Of a DNA stretch of 64,000 nucleotides, positions 11,803 to 20,752 are shown in pieces. Origin of the DNA: an uncultured Dehalococcoidia bacterium. GTDB lineage: Bacteria; Chloroflexota; Dehalococcoidia; Lucifugimonadales; UBA2985. The position numbers were made by a program, and so were the translations under genes. Each line of letters opens with the position of its first letter. Within the stretch, counting starts at the first letter, position 1. Where the stretch lies: positions 29,864 to 93,863 of the forward strand of contig CAZOCC010000029.1 in assembly GCA_964578255.1 (NCBI GenBank), given 5' to 3'. The notes below the pieces were generated by a model that saw only the letters and a list, made by a program, of their open reading frames with translations, was not told where the DNA came from and searched no databases.

Positions 11803-12333
11803 ATGTGTAATGCAGTTTTGGTAGTAGACATGTTGAAGGGATTCCTTGAAGATGGCCATAATTTATATTGTGGTGACCATGCAAGGAGAGTAATACCAAA
11901 GATACGATAGTTGTTAGAAGACGAAATTGCCCTAGGATCTAAAGTGTTCTACATATGTGATAATCACGAGCCAGATGACTTGGAATTTGACATGTTCCCT
12001 GTGCATTGTTTGGTCGGTAGCGAGGAATCGGAAATAATACCTGAGTTGCTAGATTTGCCTGGAGAGAGAATTAACAAACAGAGGTATAGTGGATTCTACA
12101 ATAGTAGTTTGCAGAAACAATTGGAAAGTCTAGGTCCAGATAAAGTCATTGTATGTGGCGTTTGTACTGACATATGTGTGATGCATACTGTAGCTGATGC
12201 TAGGAATAGAGACTACAATGTGGAAATACATGTGGACACGGTATCTACGTTTGATATGGATGCGCATAAATGGGCGTTACGACATATGGAGAAAGTGTTA
12301 GGGGCTCGACTAATTGGGCAACATTCAGGGTGA
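11803..12333 (+). pseudogene. pncA: nicotinamidase/isochorismatase-family cysteine hydrolase interrupted by an in-frame TAG (11908..11910)
   Basis: ATG at 11803 gives MCNAVLVVDMLKGFLEDGHNLYCGDHARRVIPKIR-TAG-LLEDEIALGSKVFYICDNH..., in frame with track ORF 11911..12333. Catalytic Asp (VVDM), Lys (INKQRYSGF) and Cys (VCGVCTDICV) are all present across the stop. Confidence 0.75.
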
Positions 12334-12460
12334 TAAAATTGGAAGCCATAATTGGATTTCTGTTAGCATATGGTGCCGTTATATGTAATGATTCCTAGAA
12401 ATTCACTCATGGATTGTAGGTTTTGATAGTTACTTGACTAGTTAAATAAATTGGAGGGAT

Positions 12461-13459
12461 ATGGCAGAGCCAGATTTTCAAGTAAGACCATCGGTAATGG
12501 TTGGAGATACTGCTGAAGTTAGCCTTCACAGGGGCATTACTGTCCTTAGAAATGAGGGTATCAATCCAGTTGTCACAATGGAATTTCAGAGTGTTGTTAG
12601 TGGTAGGTTTTGTGGTGTAAGGGAGGCTAAGGCGTTGTTGAGTAAGGTGTTGCCTGAAAGCAATAGGGAGGTTTGGGCAGTGGAAGAGGGGACTTCAATT
12701 GATGCAGGGGAGGTTGTCTTAACGATTTCTGCACCATACGGATCATTCGCATTATATGAAACCGCTATATGTGGGACTATTTCACATTCCACTGGATGGG
12801 CTACGGCCAGTATGGAATGTGTCGAAGCAGCTGGCGGAGTGCCGGTTATATCTGCAGGAGCTAGATACGTTCATCCTGGAGTAGCTGGAGTAATGGAATA
12901 TGCTTCTATGGTAGGTGGATGTGTGTCTTGTTCTACTAATCAGGGAGCCACTCTGAGTAGTACTGCAGCGACCGGAACAGTGTCACCAAATGTTGTTTTG
13001 GTTGTTGGAGATTTAGTAAGGACTATGGAAGCATTTGACAAACACATACCTCACGAGGTATCTAGGGTGGCCCCTGTTAATGTATTTCGGGACGAAACCG
13101 AGGAGTCTTTGAGTTTAGCGGGATCATTGCGGCAACGTCTCAGAGGAGTAATATTGGAAACCTCACATGTTGGTATGGCAGTCAGTCCTTCGTTAGTCAA
13201 GGAAGTTCGTGCGCGTCTGGATTTGGCGGATCATAATCATATTGAGATATATGTTAGGGGTGATTTAGACCCACAACAAATCAGGGAATTTGTTCATCAA
13301 TGTGCCCCTGTTAATGCCTTTGAGGTAGAGAGATATATCAGTGGCGCTAAACCACATGCATTTCATTCTGATATACATGTGGTAGATGGCAAGCCAATTG
13401 CTAAGCGAGGTCGATTGCCTGGCCAAACTGCCAATGCAAAGTTGATGCAGGTTATATAG
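12461..13459 (+). CDS. nicotinate/quinolinate phosphoribosyltransferase-family protein (divergent)
   Basis: 332 aa. The layout resembles type II PRTases of COG1488 (AGARYVHPG, C-terminal VDGKPIAKRGRLPGQ) and the gene follows the pncA-like gene. Several signature motifs look altered (see finding). Confidence 0.55.
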   Translation: MAEPDFQVRPSVMVGDTAEVSLHRGITVLRNEGINPVVTMEFQSVVSGRFCGVREAKALLSKVLPESNREVWAVEEGTSIDAGEVVLTISAPYGSFALYETAICGTISHSTGWATASMECVEAAGGVPVISAGARYVHPGVAGVMEYASMVGGCVSCSTNQGATLSSTAATGTVSPNVVLVVGDLVRTMEAFDKHIPHEVSRVAPVNVFRDETEESLSLAGSLRQRLRGVILETSHVGMAVSPSLVKEVRARLDLADHNHIEIYVRGDLDPQQIREFVHQCAPVNAFEVERYISGAKPHAFHSDIHVVDGKPIAKRGRLPGQTANAKLMQVI

Positions 13460-14903
13460 CATTAGACTTGTGACATTCCAGGAACAAGGTGTTGGCGGTT
13501 GTCTCTTCTTGTTTTGCCCATTGGGCTATCCTAAAGCCAATCACCCAAGCTATGCGGTCGTCGGACAATACTATAGGTAATCTGTCTCTAAAGTTGCGAG
13601 GTATTTTCTGATCTATCATGAAATCCTTGAGTTTTTTAGATCCAGTGATTCCTAATGGATAGAATCTATCCCCAGGTCTTCTGGTTCTGATCAACAGTTG
13701 CTCACCGATTTGGTTACGGTCAAGTTGGGCCGTGAATGAATGTGATTTATTTGTGTTTGATCTTATAGGGCTTAAACTGGCGTTAATCTCCAACCCCGGT
13801 ATTTTGAGGGTCCCGGGTACAGCCAGATTATGTTCTCCTTTTATGATAGGTATGTCTGGGTATTCACTTATAGGGTACCCGATAGACAGTAATCCTCTCT
13901 CGTTCTTAAATATCAAACCGTTCGGTATGTATAGCTCCTTCTTTTGTATGCTTTCTGATAAGTTCAACATTGCCTGGACGTGTCTACTGCCGAGACTTTT
14001 CAAAGAACCTGCATGTTCTTCATACATCAGCCGTAGGATGTTTGTCTGCATAGCTGGATGTAGTTTGAGAAACTGATTCTTTTCTACGTAGGTAACTCCA
14101 TCTTGGATCGATGTTATTGACTCTTTGGTTTTTATGGCGCTTTCCATGATATAAGAATGATTTTGTTCGGATAAAGTACTTAATCTAAGCAATGCACTGT
14201 CAAAACGCGGGTTGTATGAACGTAAATTGGGGAGTAGCTCGGACCTAATACGATTCCGTGTGAAATGCTTGTCAGTATTACTAGAGTCCAATCGAGGTTC
14301 TATCCCTTTATATGCACAATACTCTAGAGTATGCTTCTTAAGAAATGTTAATATCGGCCGTACCACTTTGATGGGTTTGACTGTATCAATTGGTCTCCAA
14401 CTTGATATTTGGCTCATTCCAGTTAAACCTGTTAGGCTAGTACCGCGTATGATGTTCATCATAACAGTTTCGACTTGATCATTAGCAGTGTGACCCAAAA
14501 TTACGGCGGATGCATTCATCATATTTGCTACTCTGTATAAGAAATTGTAGCGGACTTCTCGGGCGGCTTCTTCTAATGACATCCCGTTCAGACTTTTGTA
14601 GTAATCAAGTTCAACGCGTTCGACTGTAACTGGTAAAGCCAGTTCCTTTGATATGTCCTGTACGAATACAGCGTCTTCATCTGACTCGATACCGCGTAGG
14701 CCGTGATTCAGATGAGCCACGTGAAGTTCTATGCAACACTTTGCCTTGATGCTGTCTAGTGCTAATAGTAGTGCCATAGAATCTGGTCCACCAGATACTC
14801 CTACCAAGAGAGGCTTGGAGGTATTTGTTAGCTTCAACCTATCAAGTAAGTCTATGATATGTTTCTCTATGGCAACATGTGTTGGAGAGTAATTGGATGA
14901 CAC
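13452..14903 (-). CDS. tilS: tRNA(Ile)-lysidine synthetase
   Basis: 483 aa with PP-loop motif VGVSGGPDSMALL and a TilS C-terminal domain. The GTG start overlaps the upstream stop (TAGTG). Confidence 0.9.
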   Translation of the reverse strand: MSSNYSPTHVAIEKHIIDLLDRLKLTNTSKPLLVGVSGGPDSMALLLALDSIKAKCCIELHVAHLNHGLRGIESDEDAVFVQDISKELALPVTVERVELDYYKSLNGMSLEEAAREVRYNFLYRVANMMNASAVILGHTANDQVETVMMNIIRGTSLTGLTGMSQISSWRPIDTVKPIKVVRPILTFLKKHTLEYCAYKGIEPRLDSSNTDKHFTRNRIRSELLPNLRSYNPRFDSALLRLSTLSEQNHSYIMESAIKTKESITSIQDGVTYVEKNQFLKLHPAMQTNILRLMYEEHAGSLKSLGSRHVQAMLNLSESIQKKELYIPNGLIFKNERGLLSIGYPISEYPDIPIIKGEHNLAVPGTLKIPGLEINASLSPIRSNTNKSHSFTAQLDRNQIGEQLLIRTRRPGDRFYPLGITGSKKLKDFMIDQKIPRNFRDRLPIVLSDDRIAWVIGFRIAQWAKQEETTANTLFLECHKSNAI

Positions 14904-16171
14904 TAGACCTCTTTCTTGCGATACTCTGTATGAAGCACAATCTTTTCGATTCTCATGCCCACTACATTACTAATTGTCAAATGGATATTATCGTATCGTA
15001 AAGTTTCTCCTTCTATGGGTATATGGCCAAGTTGTTCCAAAACGAATCCAGCAACCGTTTCATAATTTCCTCTAGGTAAATTTATGCCGAGTTCATCGTT
15101 TGCCTGTTCTATCTGCATGCCAGCATCGACACTATACGTATTCTCGTCTATTGTTTCATAATCTATTTCGGTGTAGATTCCGTCTTCCACAACTGGTCCT
15201 ACTATTTCTTCGGTAAGCTGTTTAAGGGTAACCAAACCTGCTATACCTCCAAATTCGTCTACGGCCATTGCCATCTGAATGCCACGGTTTTGCATTTCTC
15301 TCAATAGGATCCCAGTTAGCTTGGTGTCTGGCACGAAACTCACTGGCCTTAACAGTCCTGTTACTGGCTGGGGATGTGAAATAGTACCATTTGCCATTGC
15401 CTCTAGAACGTCCTTTATCAACAGCGTTCCTAATATGTTATCCACATTTTCGTTATAGACCGGGAATCTAGTGTGCGTATGGTGGCTATAAATTGCAAGA
15501 AATTCCTCTAGTGTGGTACCAGATTCTACCAAAATGAGCTCTGTACGTGGTGTCATAACTTCCCGAAGTTGTCGGTCACCGAATCTGAATACGTTTTCTA
15601 ACATCTCCGCCTCTCGTTCTTCAACAGAGCCGTCTTCGAGACCTATAGATATAGCTGTTTTGATTTCTTCTTCTGTGAATAAAGCGCCTGGGTCTCCCTG
15701 CAATCTTTTGGCTAGTAGTTTGTTAATAGATTGGAGCAATATAACTATAGGCAGTAAAAGGCGTTCTATCCACGTAAGTATCTTGGCGGAAAAGAAGAAT
15801 AGTGTTTCCGGATACCGTATTCCTATAGTCTTTGGAACCGTTTCACCGAGTATCAAAAGTATAAGAGTACTAATGGCAGTAGCTGCAATAACACCTTGGC
15901 CCTCTCCGATAAGAGCCACCATTATGACAGTAAAAAGAGCTGCAAATGCGGTGTTTGCTAGGTTGTTGCAGAGGAGTATGGTGGGTAACACTTTCTCGGG
16001 TTGATCTACCATATTCGCTATCATCTTTGCTCCCTTGACTTCGTTTTCCGCCATACTTCTAATCCTGACTTTGCGAAGTGACAAGAATGCCGCCTCAGAG
16101 CTTGAAAAAAAAGCAGATATCAGGATGCAAGGGATTAAGAGAAACAGATAAACTGTGGCTATTTGATTCAT
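14903..16171 (-). CDS. CNNM/HlyC/CorC-family membrane protein (DUF21 + CBS pair + CorC_HlyC)
   Basis: 422 aa. N-terminal TM domain, then FGDRQLREVMTPR, CBS region and transporter-associated C-terminal domain. Confidence 0.85.
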   Translation of the reverse strand: MNQIATVYLFLLIPCILISAFFSSSEAAFLSLRKVRIRSMAENEVKGAKMIANMVDQPEKVLPTILLCNNLANTAFAALFTVIMVALIGEGQGVIAATAISTLILLILGETVPKTIGIRYPETLFFFSAKILTWIERLLLPIVILLQSINKLLAKRLQGDPGALFTEEEIKTAISIGLEDGSVEEREAEMLENVFRFGDRQLREVMTPRTELILVESGTTLEEFLAIYSHHTHTRFPVYNENVDNILGTLLIKDVLEAMANGTISHPQPVTGLLRPVSFVPDTKLTGILLREMQNRGIQMAMAVDEFGGIAGLVTLKQLTEEIVGPVVEDGIYTEIDYETIDENTYSVDAGMQIEQANDELGINLPRGNYETVAGFVLEQLGHIPIEGETLRYDNIHLTISNVVGMRIEKIVLHTEYRKKEV

Positions 16172-16542
16172 GAGAATACCTCTAACTAGTCAATTTGATT
16201 AGGAATTGGGATGGTTGCATTTTATAGTTGTTTGAAGAATACGTTGGTCATAACTGAGTGAAGATACACATCCTTACGAAAACATGGCTTGTGGTTACTG
16301 CAAAAAGATCGAAATACGTTGTTTTATCTAATCATTCGAATGAACATTCCAGAACATTCGTTGGGTGTCGTGTTGTAGTGAGGTGGTGACAATATTGGAA
16401 CAGTAGCAATTCTAAAGGTTCATGCTCTGTAACCGCGTTGATGATAGCATTGGTAAACTGCAGTGTCAAAGCAGATAATTAATTCGATTTGTGCCCTTAT
16501 AGTTGATTTGTTTGTCTACCGTATCTAGAATTAAGGATATTT

Positions 16543-17469
16543 GTGGAATGGTTAGGACCGATGATGATATTACCAGATAATGCTGACATGGATCATTTAC
16601 TCAAGGCATCCAATGCCTTTGCTTCAGGTGCTTCGACTATATTAGAAGAACTCTTACCTACGAAGGAAATCGTCAGATATAAGGATGCAAATAAAAGCGA
16701 CCCAGTCACGAATGTGGATTTGAGAATAGAAGATTATTTGAAGCGAGAGATCAGTAAGGAATTCCCGGATCATAGTATAATAGCTGAGGAAACTGATGAT
16801 CAAACAATTGAATGCTCAGATTTCGTGTGGGTAATAGATCCTTTGGATGGTACCAAGAATTTTGCTGCAGGATTGCCATTCTATAGTGTATCTATTGGCC
16901 TACTGTATTCTGGTATTCCAATAATTGGCAGTATATTGATGCCTGATTCGGTCATGGGCAGTGGCTTGTATTCATGTAAACTTGGGGGTGGGGCATACCT
17001 GAATGGGGAACGTCTGGGTATATTGAATAGTCCTGAGCATAAGGTATCAGCTTTGAGCGTAGTGCCATCTGGATTCAGGCAATCTTTTTATATGGTTGGT
17101 GATAGTACCAGGTCAAGCGGGTCTTCTAATAGGGTATTTGGTGAACTGAGAACCATGGGCAGTATAGCCAGTGAGATGGTTCTTGTCGCCCGAGGGATAT
17201 TTGGATGCGGTATATTCTCTGGTGGCCATATATGGGATGTTGCGGCAGGGATTTTGTTAATACGTGAGGCTGGGGGTGAAGTGATGATCCTAGAGAATGA
17301 TCTATGGGTGCGTTTTTCTGGATTTACCACTCCTTCTCAAGATGATGACACGGTGAATAGCCAGTCCTTGAGGGACTGGTCGGGTATTCTTATCGCAGGA
17401 CCTGAATCTAATGCCCAGTACCTGAGATCTATAGTGAGGCCAAGAAAGAAAAGAATCAAATCACGCTAA
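16543..17469 (+). CDS. inositol monophosphatase-family protein
   Basis: Motifs IIAEE...WVIDPLDGTKNF and WDVAAG. The GTG at 16543 has TAAGGA 5 nt upstream. Confidence 0.85.
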   Translation: MEWLGPMMILPDNADMDHLLKASNAFASGASTILEELLPTKEIVRYKDANKSDPVTNVDLRIEDYLKREISKEFPDHSIIAEETDDQTIECSDFVWVIDPLDGTKNFAAGLPFYSVSIGLLYSGIPIIGSILMPDSVMGSGLYSCKLGGGAYLNGERLGILNSPEHKVSALSVVPSGFRQSFYMVGDSTRSSGSSNRVFGELRTMGSIASEMVLVARGIFGCGIFSGGHIWDVAAGILLIREAGGEVMILENDLWVRFSGFTTPSQDDDTVNSQSLRDWSGILIAGPESNAQYLRSIVRPRKKRIKSR

Positions 17470-17543
17470 TTTAAGAAGCGTGTGTTTTGATGGCATCAAT
17501 CGCGTTTATTGAATGTTCGATAAGTAGTTAGTAAGGGATGTTG

Positions 17544-17801
17544 TTACGATGTAGTGATGGCATCCAGCACCGAAGGCGTCACTTTACCATTAGTTTTAGA
17601 GTTAGCAGTGTCGATTGGTAAGATGTTGCCAGTTCTTGGGTCTATACTGCCATCAGTACCTAACAATCCGTATCTATGTTCCAAATCTAATATTAATCGG
17701 TCTAGTTCTTGTTCAGCCTTCTTTGCTTCTAGGGTTTTTCTGTCTAGATCCATCTGAGCTTTACGAAGTGAGTAGCTGTCGTCGGAATGAAGTTCTGACA
17801 T
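17544..17801 (-). CDS. hypothetical coiled-coil protein (85 aa from the SD-supported start)
   Basis: Track ORF is 17544..17822. The internal ATG at 17801 has GGAGG 5 nt upstream. Charged heptad-like sequence with no recognised family. Confidence 0.4.
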   Translation of the reverse strand: MSELHSDDSYSLRKAQMDLDRKTLEAKKAEQELDRLILDLEHRYGLLGTDGSIDPRTGNILPIDTANSKTNGKVTPSVLDAITTS

Positions 17802-17933
17802 GTCGTCCTCCAATATATTCATCTAATGCGAATTAGAATAGAACAAATGTGCTACTGTGTCAAGTGTTTATAGTAAGAAGACTCCAAGATATCTGGTTTG
17901 TGACTGCGTATACAGTATGGCATTGGTTTGTTG

Positions 17934-18710
17934 CTAGAAGATTGGCCAAGGGAAATTTCTACGATTGAAATCATATAGTGGGAAATATCCTGAAGATATT
18001 AGGTTGTTGGTTCTATGCTTAAGGGCAATAAGTTCGTCTTTATGCAACATTTGTCCAAGTTCCTGGTTTAGAGTGACATCCTGGTTGAGACGGGTATAGA
18101 ATTCATCAAGTGTGTGTATTAATTCTTTCTGTATAGGCTGATCTATAAAATCCCAGACGACTGTTCTCAATTTAGGATCCGTGTGGAAGGTTAGGCCGTG
18201 GTCTATAGACCATATACAGTTATTATGGTCCACAAGAAAATGGCTGGCTTTTCGGTCTGCATTGTTAGTAATGTAGTCGAATAGCGCTATTTTTTTCATC
18301 TCGCTATCGAATTCCTCTCTTAGGCTGAAGTAGTCCGACAATTGATCTGATTGTATAAATTGTTGAAATGATCCAACTCCATATGGTCCATCTCTCACCA
18401 CCGTGCATGGTATGAAATGCCAGCACATCGCCTGTGCTACTAAATACGAAGAGTACTCTCTTTTATATAAAGTGCCATCAGGGAAGTCCCAGAGCGGATT
18501 TTCGCCAATCTTAGGTTTGTATATTGCTTGACAGGAGTTTAGCCCGTTCTCTAGTGTTACCAGGAAAGTATAGTTGGATCCTTCTAGGATTAGCTTGCAA
18601 TCACTGATGTTGCCAGTCAACAAGACTCGTGTCATGGCTTGGATTTGATCTGTATTTGTATTTGTGGATTCCTTCATTGGGCGACCATCATGATGATAAA
18701 TATGGGTCAT
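17934..18710 (-). CDS. SCO1664-family protein (PI3/PI4-kinase-like fold)
   Basis: 258 aa with ...YITNNADRKASHFLV...WSIDHGLTFH..., as I recall for the SCO1664 family. It sits immediately downstream of a DUF3090 gene, the usual arrangement. Confidence 0.7.
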   Translation of the reverse strand: MTHIYHHDGRPMKESTNTNTDQIQAMTRVLLTGNISDCKLILEGSNYTFLVTLENGLNSCQAIYKPKIGENPLWDFPDGTLYKREYSSYLVAQAMCWHFIPCTVVRDGPYGVGSFQQFIQSDQLSDYFSLREEFDSEMKKIALFDYITNNADRKASHFLVDHNNCIWSIDHGLTFHTDPKLRTVVWDFIDQPIQKELIHTLDEFYTRLNQDVTLNQELGQMLHKDELIALKHRTNNLISSGYFPLYDFNRRNFPWPIF

Positions 18711-18734
18711 GATTCAATTGTTATTGTACGTAAC

Positions 18735-19247
18735 CTAATTCGGGTAGTGGCCGTTTGACCTGGGACAGCTATGGCCATCTGGATTTATGGGATCATTGCA
18801 CAATGGACATATTGGTCGACCAGCAGCACATACTGTTTGCGCTTCGATTGCCAAATCAGCTATCTGTGATTGATCTACCCAAAATCCTAGAGCAGGTGGT
18901 GTACCAGGTTCGTCCTCTCTGTCGTGGGCTTGCAACATGAAAAGGTTGTTTTCCTGATCGTGGCCTATGCTCAGGTCTCCAATGTCGAACTCAATGATAT
19001 TATCGTCAACGGGAGTGGTAGGCATGTTTGTCTCGGCATTGGTTAGCATATTTGTCTCCGGCGGTAAATCATCCAGCATTTGTTGGATGATGACCGACAA
19101 TTGCATAAGCTGCCCCTTTTCCAGCCATAGGTGTGCTATGCCTGGATTGCCCTCCACGATTAGGCGGAATCGCCTTTGACCTGGAGTGCCTATAGCTTCA
19201 GCCCTGATATTGTGTACTAGGCCAAAAAGGTTTTTGGGATCTGGCAT
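18735..19247 (-). CDS. DUF3090-family protein
   Basis: 170 aa. N-terminal AIGTPGQRRFRL...LWLEKGQL and C-terminal CPLCNDPINPDGHSCPRSNGH zinc-ribbon-like motif, typical of DUF3090. Confidence 0.7.
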   Translation of the reverse strand: MPDPKNLFGLVHNIRAEAIGTPGQRRFRLIVEGNPGIAHLWLEKGQLMQLSVIIQQMLDDLPPETNMLTNAETNMPTTPVDDNIIEFDIGDLSIGHDQENNLFMLQAHDREDEPGTPPALGFWVDQSQIADLAIEAQTVCAAGRPICPLCNDPINPDGHSCPRSNGHYPN

Positions 19248-19422
19248 TTATCACCGTATTTGTTTTAATAGAGTGGTCGAACCTACTGTTTTGTCTTCTG
19301 GCTACAAAAAACTTGGGTTTGTGTCGCTTTTCAATAAAACCCGCTTTCTTGACATGCCTTGTATCGTTAATGGAAACATCTCGGTCTCTACGAGAGTATC
19401 TGTGAATGTTCCAAAGAGGCTG

Positions 19423-20235
19423 TTATTCAATGCCCCTGATCTTATATAGGATAGCTCCTCTCGGAGTTGACACTTCAATCTCTTCACCAATCATATGATC
19501 TATAAGAGCTTTACCCACTGGTGATGCAACGGACATTTTATTTTCCATTGGGCTAGACTCAGAGGCATTAACTATTGTGTAAACCATATCCTGTCTAGTT
19601 AATCTATCTTGTAGCTTCACGATACTTCCAAGTTGGACTGTTCTTTTGGCTTTGCTCTTGGATTTTTGATCTGTGGTTCTTACGACATTTGCTCGTTGAA
19701 TACTATCTTCTAACTCCCTTATTCTGGCTTCCAACAGTCCCTGCTGTTCACGTGCGGCGTCAAGGGGGGCATTCTCCCGGAAATCCTTGTCTGCTGCGGC
19801 CAGTTGTATGCGTTCAGCGACAGCTACACGTTCGCCACGTAGGCTGTCTAGCTCTAGCTGCATAGTTTCCAGACCTTCGGAGGTTATGTCCATAGACAGT
19901 CTAGTGTTGTAAGCACCTTTGGACCTGGCTGAAGGCTTTCTAACCCTGAAATGCTTGTACAAGGGAGTACTAGTGAACTGATTCTTGAAACAAAATGTCA
20001 GGAAGTCTTTAATCACATATGATCGTGAAGCGGATTCCATTTGAGGAGAAGATCGAGTTATCTCCTCTCCGTATTCAGCTGCTTGTTGAGGCGTTAAGTT
20101 CCCAACTAACACATCCCGCCCACACCACCTGATAAATTTATTTAATTCTTGGAGCCCATTGGGTTTGGCCTTGAGTCTTGGTTGGGATAGGTACTGATTC
20201 AGGGCCTGGGAAAGCGGTACAGAAAAATTTTCCAT
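19423..20235 (-). CDS. GreA/GreB-family transcript-cleavage factor with a roughly 115-aa N-terminal extension
   Basis: 270 aa. The central coiled coil (LELDSLRGERVAVAERI...LEARIRELEDSI) and C-terminal VQLGSIVKLQD...SPVGKALIDHMIGEEIEV match GreA. The first ~115 aa are extra. Confidence 0.75.
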   Translation of the reverse strand: MENFSVPLSQALNQYLSQPRLKAKPNGLQELNKFIRWCGRDVLVGNLTPQQAAEYGEEITRSSPQMESASRSYVIKDFLTFCFKNQFTSTPLYKHFRVRKPSARSKGAYNTRLSMDITSEGLETMQLELDSLRGERVAVAERIQLAAADKDFRENAPLDAAREQQGLLEARIRELEDSIQRANVVRTTDQKSKSKAKRTVQLGSIVKLQDRLTRQDMVYTIVNASESSPMENKMSVASPVGKALIDHMIGEEIEVSTPRGAILYKIRGIE

Positions 20236-20330
20236 GGTTGTTAGTATTGACCTCCAATTATGTCTTTGTTTTCACATTATTAGTACCATACATTCTAAGG
20301 ATGGAAGTTGCAGTGTGTCAATGTGAATGA

Positions 20331-20339
20331 TGCTATAAT
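20331..20339 (+). promoter_or_regulatory. putative extended -10 element (TGcTATAAT)
   Basis: TGCTATAAT lies about 105 nt upstream of the SD-supported ORF at 20444. No convincing -35 was seen. Confidence 0.3.
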
Positions 20340-20443
20340 CTATTTGTGCGCGATATGATGGTTCAATAACTCAGTCGTCACTGTTCAGGTATCTTAATGA
20401 ATTTGAGATTTGTATCGAGATTTATATAAGGAGAGGATTTGGA

Positions 20444-20692
20444 ATGCCTTATGGATTGACAATCAAAGAGGATACTGGCGGTACTAGGGTCGAGATACAG
20501 TGTGCTCACCAAAATGGGTTGATTTATGTTGTTCCAGCAGAAGCTAGTTGGGTGTGCACATCTGAGCATATGCATGCTCATGCTTTGGCCGGATTCCTAC
20601 GTAATTTACAGGAATTGGCTGATCCATCTATAACCGAGTTGATGCAGAAATGGGGGATATATTATAGGCCTAGGCCGATAGATGGCGAATGA
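20444..20692 (+). CDS. hypothetical protein (82 aa)
   Basis: Good SD (AAGGAGAGG) upstream of the ATG. No recognised family. Confidence 0.5.
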   Translation: MPYGLTIKEDTGGTRVEIQCAHQNGLIYVVPAEASWVCTSEHMHAHALAGFLRNLQELADPSITELMQKWGIYYRPRPIDGE

Positions 20693-20752
20693 CGGTCTGT
20701 ACGCTTATGGAACTCAACCTTTGGTTATAGCGGTACAGGTATATACCGTGGC

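Noticed and set aside
16340-16375. The palindrome CATTCGAATG followed by GAACATTC x2 in the intergenic region upstream of the IMPase-family gene. I considered an operator.
   Set aside because: It is short and AT-rich, with no associated regulator gene. It is too weak to call.
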